64,000 nt of DNA from Chiloscyllium plagiosum (Eukaryota). Positions within the stretch are counted from its first letter, which is position 1. The number at the start of each line of letters is the position of its first letter. The stretch covers positions 28,567,153 through 28,631,152 of the forward strand of contig NC_057719.1 in NCBI RefSeq assembly GCF_004010195.1, given 5' to 3'. Under the pieces are notes generated by a model that saw only the letters and a program-made list of their open reading frames with translations, was not told where the DNA came from and did not search any database. Both the position numbers and the translations under genes were made by a program. Positions 27,505 through 38,464 of the stretch are shown here, in pieces.

Positions 27505-28142
27505 TAAGGTACACTAGGGAGCCTGACAACAGTGCAATACAGGAAATCATGGCTGTAGTTAGAGTAGCTTGTCAGTTTATATAATAAGTGTCAACTCGAC
27601 AGTAAGTCAATATTACTACATGACCTGACATGTGATCAAGGAACGCTTCAGAACCAAAGCTATTTGCAACTCCACGCACTCAGGTTTGTTCATAGTTGCG
27701 AGAAGCCTTAAATGCTGTTAGGAGTCCAGAGACCCGTTTTAAAACACGCTAAGCATGGATGCCTTAACTAAAAACTTGCAAGTTTGTATACTAGTTTATT
27801 TCTTTACAAATTCGTGATCAACTACTTATCCAACTGTTCATACAATTATTTTACCAGTGGCCATGTAAGAACTTGCCCACAATCGTATCAGACAGAGCGT
27901 ACATCTTCTCCACTTCGTTCTCTCCTCCACACACCAATTTCTCAGTTTGCTCAACGTTCAAACTCTCTCAGTTCTCTCTTATCCCCTTCATGAGCAAAGG
28001 GCCCTCCAGGTCGATAACAAACTGAGCTTCATCTCACGTTCAGCCCGGCTGAAGAAGCACGGAGGTCTGACCACCGACCTCTAGCATCACTGCAAACATA
28101 TGTGGTACAATAACTCCATAATCCCGCACTAAACAGACTCAC

Positions 28143-28205
28143 ATCTTTCGGCACCAAAGCTGACTGGTCATCTTGCCCGCTCTCAGTCCATTCGTCACTC
28201 ATCAT
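28143..28205 (-). CDS. SLC38A6: SLC38A6 (SNAT6) coding exon 1, MMSDEWTESGQDDQSALVPKD
   Basis: ATG at 28205 in a CpG-rich region; 63 nt followed by a GTGAGT donor; phase 0 joins exon 2 in frame; the N-terminus is poorly conserved, so this exon is less certain. Confidence 0.75.
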
Positions 28206-28420
28206 TCTCTACTTGCCACCGCTCGCTCTCTCTCAATCTCTCACAGCAGCGTGAGCACGTGATCAACCAACAAAACGCCCGCACTCGTCGATGACGTAGC
28301 AACCCACTTGCGCGCTTTTTGATGACGATCCAGCCCCTAGTGATCCCGCTGGAAGCCGTTATGAGGTGAGCGCGTGAGGGGGAGGCACGTGTGGTCGGAG
28401 TGCGGTGTCTCTTAGCAACC
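28206..28420. promoter_or_regulatory. Bidirectional CpG-rich promoter shared by SLC38A6 and TRMT5
   Basis: Local CpG enrichment between divergent ATGs (28205 minus, 28361 plus); CACGTG at 28256 and 28386, TGACGT at 28292, TAGCAAC at 28297 and 28413. Confidence 0.8.
28361..28365 (+). CDS. TRMT5: TRMT5 coding exon 1 (ATG AG | gtgag)
   Basis: ATGAG followed by a strong GTGAG donor; phase 2 matches exon 2 and gives MRFFLFFTK... Confidence 0.72.
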
Positions 28421-28869
28421 CACGCAGAGCCTCGACCCTCCTTGAGGCCCGGGGTTTGGGGTAGGCGGGCTCCTCCAGTGTTGGCGTGAGCCTTTAGTTG
28501 GAGGAGGATGAATTCTGAGAGGGTAAGGGAGAGGGGGACTGAATGGGAGGTTCCAGACTGAGGGAGGATCTGAGCTAGAGGCCTCAGTCTGAGAAGTGGA
28601 TTCAGACTGAGGGCATGAGGGAGTAGCTGCAGTCTAAAGGATGCACTTCACTGATTGAAGGTCGCTTTCGGGTTATTGCAGCGAAAACGTATAAATCGCA
28701 GGTAGTGACAACACTACCCACGCTGTTTTGGGCATACAGTGTGTGATGTTGGTAGAGGAATAGACTGCTGTTTTTCACGTACTTTCATGTTACCACTTAT
28801 GATCAACTCAGGAGAGGTAATGGTCTAGTGGTATTGCTAGACTTTTAATCCCCTAAGTAATGTCCTGGG

Positions 28870-29109
28870 GAGCTGCTGAAAATGTGTTGCTGGAAAAGCG
28901 CAGCAGGTCAGGCAGCATCCAGGGAACAGGAGAATCGACGTTTCGGGCATAAGCTCTTCTTCAGGAAGAAGGGCTTCCTGAAGAAGGGCTTATGCCCGAA
29001 ACGTCGATTCTCCTGTTCCCTGGATGCTGCCTGACCTGCTGCGCTTTTCCAGCAACACATTTTCAGCTCTGATCTCCAGCATCTGCAGACCTCACTTTCT
29101 CCTCAAAGA
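28870..29109. mobile_element. Non-autonomous Penelope-like element forming an inverted repeat, with hammerhead cores and a 12-bp TSD
   Basis: Arms 28875-28968 and 28974-29067 (93/94 complementary); TSD TAATGTCCTGGG at 28858 and 29110. Confidence 0.8.
28978..29005 (+). ncRNA. Minimal hammerhead ribozyme core (Penelope type)
   Basis: CTGAAGA-A-GGGC(TTAT)GCCC-GAAAC-GTC; helix I reduced to about 2 bp. Confidence 0.6.
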
Positions 29110-29301
29110 TAATGTCCTGGGAACTTGGGTTTGAATCCTGCCATATTAGACTGGGAACTTGGAATTCATTAAAAGTCTGGAATTGAGATGCTAATTATTG
29201 GGGGAAAAAAAACATTGGTTCACTAATGCCCTTTAGCAAAGACCACGTAAGGATCTTTACCTGGTCTGACCTAAATATGACAACAGACCCCACAGCAATC
29301 T

Positions 29302-29421
29302 AGTAAAAACAATGACTGCAGATGCTGGAAACCAGATTCTGGATCAGTGGTGCTGGAAGAGCACAGCAATTTAGGCAGCATCCGACGAGCAGCAAAATCG
29401 ACGTTTCAGGCAAAAGCCCTT
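29302..29421 (-). mobile_element. Short Penelope-like pLTR insertion (second family), 13-bp TSD
   Basis: TSD CCCACAGCAATCT at 29289 and 29422; partial hammerhead GAAGGGCTTTTGCCTGAAACGTC on the minus strand. Confidence 0.7.
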
Positions 29422-30081
29422 CCCACAGCAATCTGGTTGACTCTTAAATTAAATATGCTGTAGATCTGTGGTGATGTAAATTTTATGATTGTTCTAGTTA
29501 GTGGATTCCAGGATACTGAGGCTCAGACTGTGAGACAGCAGCACAAAGTTATGCCTAATTTATCACTGAACTAGCAACACCACTGGAATATTATCCTATC
29601 AATGCAGTAGAATACTTTCCTGAATTTTGTAATAGACCACAAACATAGACATAACTTTATAACTGGCTGTGCTATATGACCTTGGGGTACTTGATATTGT
29701 AAATTTGGTTGCTAACTTGTTTATTTTCCAATGAATACTCAAGTAGGTAGCTTATTGACATTAAAGTCTGTTCATGTCAAATATAGCAGCCTGTAATATG
29801 TGCTAATTGTTAACAGTTAAGGTTTCAGTCCCTCTTTGTAACTTAAATGGCAGGAGGAAGTTAGTATAAAACTCTGAAATATGGAAAAGACTGAAGACTG
29901 ATTTTGAAAATAACTATATCAACAGCTCAAACAAGGTGTCATATTGAAGCTGAGATTTACTGTCCAAGAGGTATCAGTGTAACTGCTGAATTAAATAAAA
30001 GCATTTCTTTGCAGTTTGAATTATGCCCACAACCCTTTCTTTCATCAAAGTCAATAACTTCTGTTGTTTGTTGAATCATTG

Positions 30082-30579
30082 CCAAACTTGAAAGGGTGCA
30101 GAAAAGATATACAAGGAATTTGCCAGGATTGTAGGATTTCAGCTCTAGAGGGAGGCTGAATAGGCTGGGGCTAACTTCCCCCGAATGATTGAGGTTGCAG
30201 GGTGACTGTATAGAGGTTTATAAAATCATGAGGGGCATAAATAGGATGAATAGACAAGGTCTTTTTCCCAGATTAGGGGAGCCCAAAACTAAAAGGCATA
30301 GGTTTCAGGTGGGAGGGGAAAGATATCAAAGGGACCTAAGGGGCAACATGTTCACTCGAGAGGGTGGTGCATGTATGCAATGAGATGCCAGAGGATGTGG
30401 TGGAGACTGGTATAATACATAATTTAAAAGGCAACTGGATGGGTTCATGAATAGGAAGGATTTAGAGGGATATGGGCCAAATGCTGGCAAATGGGAGTAG
30501 ATTAATTTAGGATATCTGGTCACTATGGACGAGTTGGACCAAAGGGTCTGTTTTCGTGCTGTACAACTGTATGACTCTA
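30082..30579 (+). mobile_element. CR1 3' end
   Basis: LERVQKR...FT.RVV homology and tail. Confidence 0.85.
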
Positions 30580-31194
30580 AGTGCTGGAGCAAATCTGTGT
30601 TTTAAGTATTGAATGAATTTTTGTGTTCAAATCTCAACTAACTGCAGCTGAATTATACAGTTTATATAGTGGTCCAGAACGGAATTAGTCTTTAACATGA
30701 AAGTGTAGAATCCTAATTGATACTAAGTCAAACCCTGGTTACATTCATTAATTAGACAGATAAGATTTAATAAGATGCTGGAAATGTTCAGCACCTTGCG
30801 CACCACCTGTGGAGAGAGAAAAACAGTTAATATTTCAAAGAAATGATCTTTCATCAGAACAGTAAAAGTCAGATATAACAGCCTTTCAAATAAGTATAGA
30901 AGCTGTGAAAATGGCAGGTCTGGTTAGCGTAAATGCGGGAGAGATGAAATAACAAAATCAGGTAGCAACAGGACATGTTTAGAGTCTTTGGTGAAGTGAA
31001 TTGAGATGTTCAGCAAAGTGATCCGCCAACTCCGTTTTTGACTTCCCACGCTAAGAAAAAAAAACACTGTTACCCACAAATACAGTATAAATTGCAGCAA
31101 TTACTAATAAATCATTGTTATGCCTGGAAGAAATGTTTGGGCCTTGAGCAGTGGGAAGATAGGGGGTGAAAGAACAGATCTGAAACTAGTCGGG

Positions 31195-32647
31195 TGGTAG
31201 GGTGAAATGTGAGGAGGGTGAAATGTTATGAGAATACAGGGTGACCTGGACAGGCTAGATGAATGGACGGATGCATAGCAGATGCAGTTTAATACAGATA
31301 AATGTGTGGTTATCCACTTTGGCAAGAACAGGAACGCAGATTACTATCTAAATGGAATCAAGTAAGGTAAAGGGGAAGTACAATGAGATCCAGGTGTTCT
31401 TGTACATCAATCAATGAAAGCAAGCATGCAGGTACAGCAGGCAGTGTAGAAAGCTAATGGCATGCTGGCCTTCATAACAAGAAGAATTGAGTATAGGAGC
31501 AAAGAAGTCCTTCTGTTGCTCTACAGGGCCCTGCTGAGACTGCACCTGGAGTATTATGTGCAGGTTTGGTTTCCAAATTTGAGGAAGGACGTTCTGGCAG
31601 TTGAGGGAGTGCAGCGTAGGTTCATGAGGTCAATTCCTGGAGTGGCGGGACTATCATATGTTGAAAGATTGGAGCGACTGGGCTTGCATACACTTGACTT
31701 TAGAAGGATAAGAGGGGATCTGATTGAGATGTATAAGATTAGATTAGATTCCCTACAGTGTGGAAACAGGTCCTTCGGCCCAACAAGTCCACACCGACCC
31801 TCCGAAGAGAAACCCACCCAGACCCATTCCCCTAAATTCATCCCTGACTAATGCACCCAACACTACTGGCAATTTAGCGTGGCCAATTCACCTAACCTGC
31901 ACATCTTTGGACTGTGGGAGGAAACCGGAACACCTGGAGGAAACACACGCAGACATGGGGAGAATGTGCAAACTCCACACAGACAGTTGCCCGAGGTGGG
32001 AATTGTACCCGGGTCCCTGGCGCTGTGAGGCAGCAGTGCTAACCACTCAGCCATCGTGCCACCCTGTTTTTTTTTTCTTTCTTTTTTTTCCCTTTTTTCT
32101 TTTTTTAAAGATTAGATTCCCTACGGTGTAGAAACAGACCGTTTGGCCAACCAGTTCACACTGACCCTCTGAAGAGTAATCCACCCAGACCCATTCCCCT
32201 CTGACTAATTCACCATTATGGACAATTTAGCATGGCCAATCCACCTAACATGCACATCTTTGTACTACATGATTAGATACAAACAGATTATTAAAGGATT
32301 GGACACTATGGAGGCAGGAAGCATGTTTCCATTGGTGGGTGAGTCCAGAACCAAAGGACAGAGTTTAAAAATAAAGGGTAGGCCATTTAGAACAGAGTTG
32401 AGGAGAAATTTCTTCACCCAGAGAGTGGTGGATATATGGAATGCTCTGCCCCGGAAGGCAATGGAGGCCAAGTCTCTGGATACTTCCAAGAAAGAGATGG
32501 ATAGAGCTCTTAAAGATAGTGGAATGAAGGGTCATGGGGATAAGGCAGGAACAGGATACTGATTGGGGATGATCAGCCATGATCATAATGAATGGTGGTG
32601 CTGGCTCGAAGGGCCGAATGGCCTACTCCTGAACCTATTGTCTATTG
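31195..32647 (+). mobile_element. CR1 LINE (third subfamily, CTATTGT tail) interrupted by SINEs
   Basis: ORF 31462 ITRRIEYRSKEVLL..HLEYYVQVW; same family as 61766-63235. Confidence 0.85.
31737..32262 (-). mobile_element. One full HE1-type SINE (31737-32063) and one partial copy (32108-32262)
   Basis: AGATTAGATTCCCTAC tails and a tRNA-like head. Confidence 0.88.
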
Positions 32648-33140
32648 CACTTCCAGGGGAAAGTGCTCGGAGGTGCTGGGGTTAATGGACGAGTGGCCTA
32701 ATTGGCTTGGACTGAACTGTCTCTTCAGAAGGGTGAAAGGGGACGAAATGTAGCAGCATCATGCTGGAATTGGCTGAAATGTGAGAAGATGATCCATCGA
32801 GCATGGGGCTGAGGGGTGCAGGATGGGGACAAGGAGTATTCGATGAAGATTCTGGCTGCAAGGGAAGGATTAGGGCGTAAGTGTGAGAAGTTGAATCAAA
32901 ATGTTTGGGAGTCCTCTTGAGATAAATTGGAGGGGAATCTTCAGGTGGGGAGAAAGAAGACATAATGGAAGCACTGGTATGGAAGGTAAACATTAATATA
33001 GAAACTAGTAGGAGTAGGTCATTCAGCTCTTTGAAATTCTGCTCTGCCATTCAGTATGAACATGACTGATCCTGTCTAAATGCCATTTGCCGATTTTCCT
33101 CCCATATCCCTTCATGCCTTAACATCTAAAAATACATTTA

Positions 33141-33313
33141 CAGAGGAACTTCGATTATCCGGCTTTCGCTTAGCTGAATATCGGATTATCCGGCAAGATC
33201 GCAAGTTCCCAGATTGACTAAACTATGTTATCCCAGCAAACGATTATCCGGAAATGGATTAACTGAACAAAATACTGCCTGCCCGTATCCTTCAGATAAT
33301 CGAGGTTCCTCTG
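33141..33313. mobile_element. Tc1/mariner (Tigger/pogo-like) MITE
   Basis: TIRs CAGAGGAACTTCGATTATC and GATAATCGAGGTTCCTCTG; left flank TA, right flank CA; internal GATTATCCGG repeats. Confidence 0.8.
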
Positions 33314-34115
33314 CATTTCTAACTTGAATAAATTCAGTGACTCAGCCTCCACAACCTTCTGTGGGACAGAATTTCACAGTTTGACCACCTTTTGGGTGAA
33401 GAAAGTTTTCTTAGTCTTTGTCTTAAATAGTTTACTTGTATCCTGTGTCCCATGGTTCTAGCCACCCCAACCAAGGAAAATATCCTATATCTAGTTTGTC
33501 CAGCCTTTTCAACATTTTAGATATTGCAATCAGGTCCCTTCTCATTCTTCTAAAACCGAATGATTAGAGACTTGGTCAAGCCAATCTCTCCTCGTAGGAC
33601 AGTCCTGCCATTCCCATTATCGGCCTAGCCAACGTCTACTCAACCCCCTCTATGTTAAGTGTATCCTTCCTTAAATGGGAAGACCAAAATTTCTAGGATT
33701 AGTAAGATTATTAGAGCATATATAATGGAAACATAGAGACTGAAAGTATGGAATAGATTGGTATTGATCTATAAAAATAACTTGCAAAGTTGTTACCTTG
33801 TCCATTATACTTTTTGTACTTCATTTGTTATTCCTTGCCGGCCATTTAAGTAACCAAGGGGCCGGTATTCAACCTTCCCATAGTTTTCAACTACTAGAAT
33901 CCTATAAGATACTGTGTGAAGTGAATACCGTACTCCAAACCTACCTTACAGGACACTATCAGCTAAATGTTTATTGGTGTATAAGCAAACCATCAAGATG
34001 GCTGTAGAAATAAGTAGGCTTGTAGTGGATATTCATTAACAACCTGTCCCCAGAAATGGAGATAGAAAGTTGCAATGATAAGAGTCTGAAATGAACTATG
34101 TGTAGATAAGAGTGG

Positions 34116-34773
34116 TGTGAGGATGTTGCTTCTTTAACAAGGAAAGGTTGTCCTTGGGTTTCTTTTCAGAGGGGTTGTGAATGCATAGATTCCGAGATGT
34201 CTGGTTTGGATGAGTTTTAGGGCCAATTTGATTCTAGCTAACAAATACTGTCTCAGGCAAAAGGCTTTCAAGTTTTAAAAAAGCTCTTGTAAGATGAAAG
34301 GGGAATGGCCAGTTCTCCCAGCTCAGCTGTTCTCTGGTTTGGTTTTGGTTTGGTTTTAGCAAGCAGTCAGTTTGAGCTGGGGTATCCAAAGAAACAGCTA
34401 CAGTAGAAGCAGGTTCAATGCTAAATCTCTCTGCTGCCTCTCTCTCTCTCTCTCAGCCTCCTCTCAGAACTTGCCTGATTTTTACCTTTTTGCCAAGGGG
34501 GTGTGTAAGGGGACTGTTGCAAGCATTTGGAACAGCATCAATAAGTTATGGTAGTCTATTGGATTTTCAGGTACGTTAAGTTATTCTATATTCTGTTCTC
34601 TTTTGTTTGTATTTCATTTTGTACTCGAAGTAAATTCTATCTTCTTTAAAATCAAGGAGGTTAGATCAGCTGCATCACTTCTGGAATATCCACTTACACC
34701 TGCTTAAAACAACTAGAAAAGTTAGGGCTACTTTCTTGAAACGTTTTGAGGAGGTCTGGCATGGAACATAACA
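34116..34773 (+). mobile_element. Solo LTR, 658 bp
   Basis: TGT...ACA termini, 4-bp TSD GTGG, second partial copy at 1566. Confidence 0.75.
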
Positions 34774-35258
34774 GTGGGAAAGAAATTGGAAACAAAGTTG
34801 ATGAAAATTTCCAGTTTGAAGCTAGGACAGGTGGTGACACTAATATATTCCAACAATTTACTAGAAAAGCAGGCAAAGGAGCAGCTCCGAATGGAACTGA
34901 AACAGGAAATGTTTTCACATATCCTACAATTAGGTGAAAATACAGTGAACCACATGCGTTCTCAAAGCAACACCACTTGGAACATCTCCAGATATCAGCA
35001 GAAACTCAAAATCCTAAATACATTCTTACAGACTTTCCATCTTTTGGGGTAATCATTAGACTTTATTATGGAAAATGTCATTCTTATCAATATCTCTCAG
35101 AGTCTGGCAATACGAAGTTTTAAATGTCAATTAAGTCTAATTGTTCACTTAGTGACAAATGATTGATAGGTTTCTTATTGAAATCAGTATTAAGGCAGCT
35201 CATAGCTAAGTCATTACTGTATTGGTAACTGATTGGTGTTGACTCTTTTCCATCTTAG

Positions 35259-35902
35259 GTTTTTTCTTTTCTTTACCAAGACTTGGACAAATACAGTATT
35301 ACGTGTGTTAGTTAAAAAATTGGCAACTAGGCAACAACTTCAATTGACTCCATTACTGCCTCCATATCTTTCCAGCCTGTGCATTTCCAAAGCTGGTGTT
35401 ACTGAATTGAACACGATGTCAGCATATAACCCTGAAGAGGATGTCAATCTTTACACTCCTCCCACAACAGTACGTGGAATTACTGAGCTGAACAGAGATT
35501 TATTTAGAAAGAATGTAGCTCTTCCAGCTCTGAAGGTGAAAAAGGACGTAGTGAACAAAGTCACAAAATCCTTGAAAAATTCCACGCTCAAAAGACCTGG
35601 GCTAAAGCGAGTTGTTGAAGACTCTAAAGATGAAATGTATAGGTTTATTTTGTTGGACCCATGTAGAATATCATGCATGGAATCTTTTGAGATTTCTGAG
35701 AAGGCTGTTCTAAAAGAGTATAATGTTGATCTTCAGATTCACATGTATCATTTAGAAATGACTTATGAACATTTCAAACCTGAAGAGATTCTGAAGGCAG
35801 TTTTGCCTGAAGGGCAGGATGTAACCTCTGGATTTAGTAGAGTCGGCCATATTGTTCACATGAACCTTCGTGATCATCAGCTTCCATACAAGTATTTGAT
35901 TG
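35259..35902 (+). CDS. TRMT5: TRMT5 exon 2, tRNA (guanine-37-N1)-methyltransferase N-terminal part
   Basis: [44 protein letters not shown] acceptor and GTAAG donor; 644 nt. Confidence 0.96.
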
Positions 35903-36562
35903 GTAAGATTTGAATTTTGTTGCTTCTAGATTTAGTTTAAAGTTTATTTCAGGGGAATATGTTCTTTCTTAGTATATCTGATGATATTAGATTAATAATA
36001 ACTAATTAATTGTCAGATGTTTTGAAATTACACATAATAGTTTGGAGAAGCTGTGCATGTTCCCTTTAGAGAACATAGATTGAGAAGAGATTTGATAGAG
36101 GTACTTAAAGCCATAAGAAGTCTATACTAAATAGATCCTGTCCCTATTGCTAGAAGTTATGAGAATCATGAGACTCAGATTTAAAGTAAATGGCAAAAGA
36201 ATGAATTATGACATGAGGAGGAACGTTTTTATGTAGTCAGTGATCATTATCTGGAATGCTCTGCCTGAATATATAGTGAAGGGACACTTAATTGTGGAAG
36301 TCAAAGTGAATTTGACAGTGCCTGAAGGAAAAGAATTATGGAGACATGGAAAGGATAGGAGTGTTGGCCTAGCTAAACTACTATTGCAGAGAGCTTGCAC
36401 AGGTCCAGTGGGCCGAATGGATTTCTTCAGTCAAGTTAATAATAATTTGTTGCAAGTGTTTATATGTAATTTAAAATCTTGATCATTACAATTTTATTTA
36501 ATTGTAAGTCTTTGAGTAATTGTCTGGCAGCTCAGAATATAATCACTAATCTTGTTTCTTAG

Positions 36563-36687
36563 GCCAAGTTATAATGGATAAGAATCCTGGAGTAACTTCA
36601 GTGGTTAATAAAACCAATATTATTGACAACACTTACCGTAATTTTCAGATGGAAGTACTAGCTGGGGAAGACAATATGATAGCAAAG
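36563..36687 (+). CDS. TRMT5: TRMT5 exon 3, [42 protein letters not shown]
   Basis: 125 nt, AG/GT boundaries, conserved Trm5 motif [11 protein letters not shown], frame continuous. Confidence 0.96.
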
Positions 36688-37527
36688 GTAAAATTTTCAG
36701 ATTTCACTACATTTTTTCAAGTTCTGCAGTTATGTTTCCTTGAAATGGTTCTATCTCTATTAATAACATGCACTGAATAAGCTTTGAACTTTCCAAATAA
36801 CTATCCATTACTAAAATATTTTTAATTTAACATTATTTTTAGTAAACACTTAAGTTTTGGAGGAGGAACGACTGTCACTCCTGAGAGAGGCTTGGTTTTT
36901 GAGAAATGTAAAATGACATGTTTTGTGCACATAATATAGACTGACAACTAACAAGTGAAAGTATCACCAGTCCAAATAGAAACACAACAGATCTGGTGAT
37001 AATCAGCCCTCTTCTGCCATTGGTAATTAAACAGCAATGAAATCCAAGAGTTAGCTTTATTTAGAAGAAGGAAGGCAAAAAGCTTGCTTCTTCAGGATCT
37101 AAATCAATTATTTAAGAAATAAAATTATTAATTGGTGGGAGGGTGTTAATGAGAGAAGGTGCATATAATTGGTTGTCTTGTCGAATAAGAATATTACCAG
37201 TGCTTAAAGTTATAGAACTGCCCTGGAAAAATGCATATGTGCTCATCTACGTTGCTGAGTTTATAGAGAGAGTACTTGTATAACCACATTGATGAATCTG
37301 TGGGAATACTCTGTACCATGTTAATTTTAAAAGCGGATGATTTGTCAGATTTTTAGAAAAAGAATATGTAAATTAATTTACAAACCATGCTGATCAATTG
37401 AACTCTATGGAGAATGGTAAAACAAAATGTCTTTGCAATTCAATTTCAATTATATAAGTTTAACAATGTCCTTGATTTATCTATTATTTGCTCTTAAATA
37501 ACTTTTAATTAATTTGTGTTTTGATAG

Positions 37528-38182
37528 GTCAAAGAGAACAATATAACATATGAATTTGATTTTTCTAAAGTCTATTGGAATCCACGGCTCAGTACAGAAC
37601 ATAGTCGAATAGTTGGTCTCCTGAACTCTGGAGATCTAGTGTATGACATGTTTGCTGGTGTTGGGCCTTTTGCTATTCCAGCAGCAAAGAAAAACTGCAG
37701 AGTCATGGCAAATGATCTGAACCCAGAATCATATAAGTGGCTAGTCCACAACTGTAAGCTGAACAAAGTCGACAATAAAGTACAGTCATTCAATATGGAT
37801 GGCAGGGACTTTTTATTAGGTCCTGTTAAAAAGGATTTTATAAAACAAATTGAAATACTTTCATCAAAGGAGAACAAAACCTCTATTCACATAATTATGA
37901 ATCTACCTGGTTTGGCTATTGAGTTCTTGGATGTCTTCAGACAACTCTTTGAGAAGCAAAACTTAGTTGACGCTTTACCCACAGTCCACTGCTATAGTTT
38001 TTCTAAGTCTAATGAACCTGCCAAAGATATTCAGAGAAGAGCCGAGGATTTCCTAGGAACATCCTTAGAGGGACGGTGCTCTATCCATTTGGTTCGGAAT
38101 GTGGCTCCAAACAAGGAAATGATGTGTATAAGTTTTAAAGTTCCTGCTGAGGTGCTATGCAAAAATTACTTGGCAGAAAGAG
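37528..38182 (+). CDS. TRMT5: TRMT5 exon 4, SAM-dependent methyltransferase domain
   Basis: [50 protein letters not shown] motifs; 655 nt; TAG/GTCAGT boundaries. Confidence 0.97.
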
Positions 38183-38464
38183 GTCAGTATTTTAGTCGCA
38201 ATACCTGCACTCAAAATGACATATCTACAGGTTTTGGCATTAGTATGATTATGTTTATTCCTGCAAAAAAGGCTGTGATTGAAAAATATTGAATTGGGTC
38301 ATTTATAACAGGAAGAGAAAAGCACTCTATGAAACAGTTACTATGAGAAAGTATTGTTATAAGTTCAGAATTTAAAGATATATTCGTGTAGAGTAGTATC
38401 AGCTACATCTTTGTGACCCTAGCAACTAATGTTGGATGTTCTCTAACTGCCCAAAATTGATATG

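Noticed and set aside
35233..35258. TTG start of the 226-aa ORF
   Set aside because: It lies in the polypyrimidine tract of intron 1; the exon begins after the AG at 35257-35258
38183..38292. Extension of the TRMT5 exon 4 ORF to 38292
   Set aside because: It is read-through past the GTCAGT donor; the conserved-looking C-terminus is in the exon at 46123
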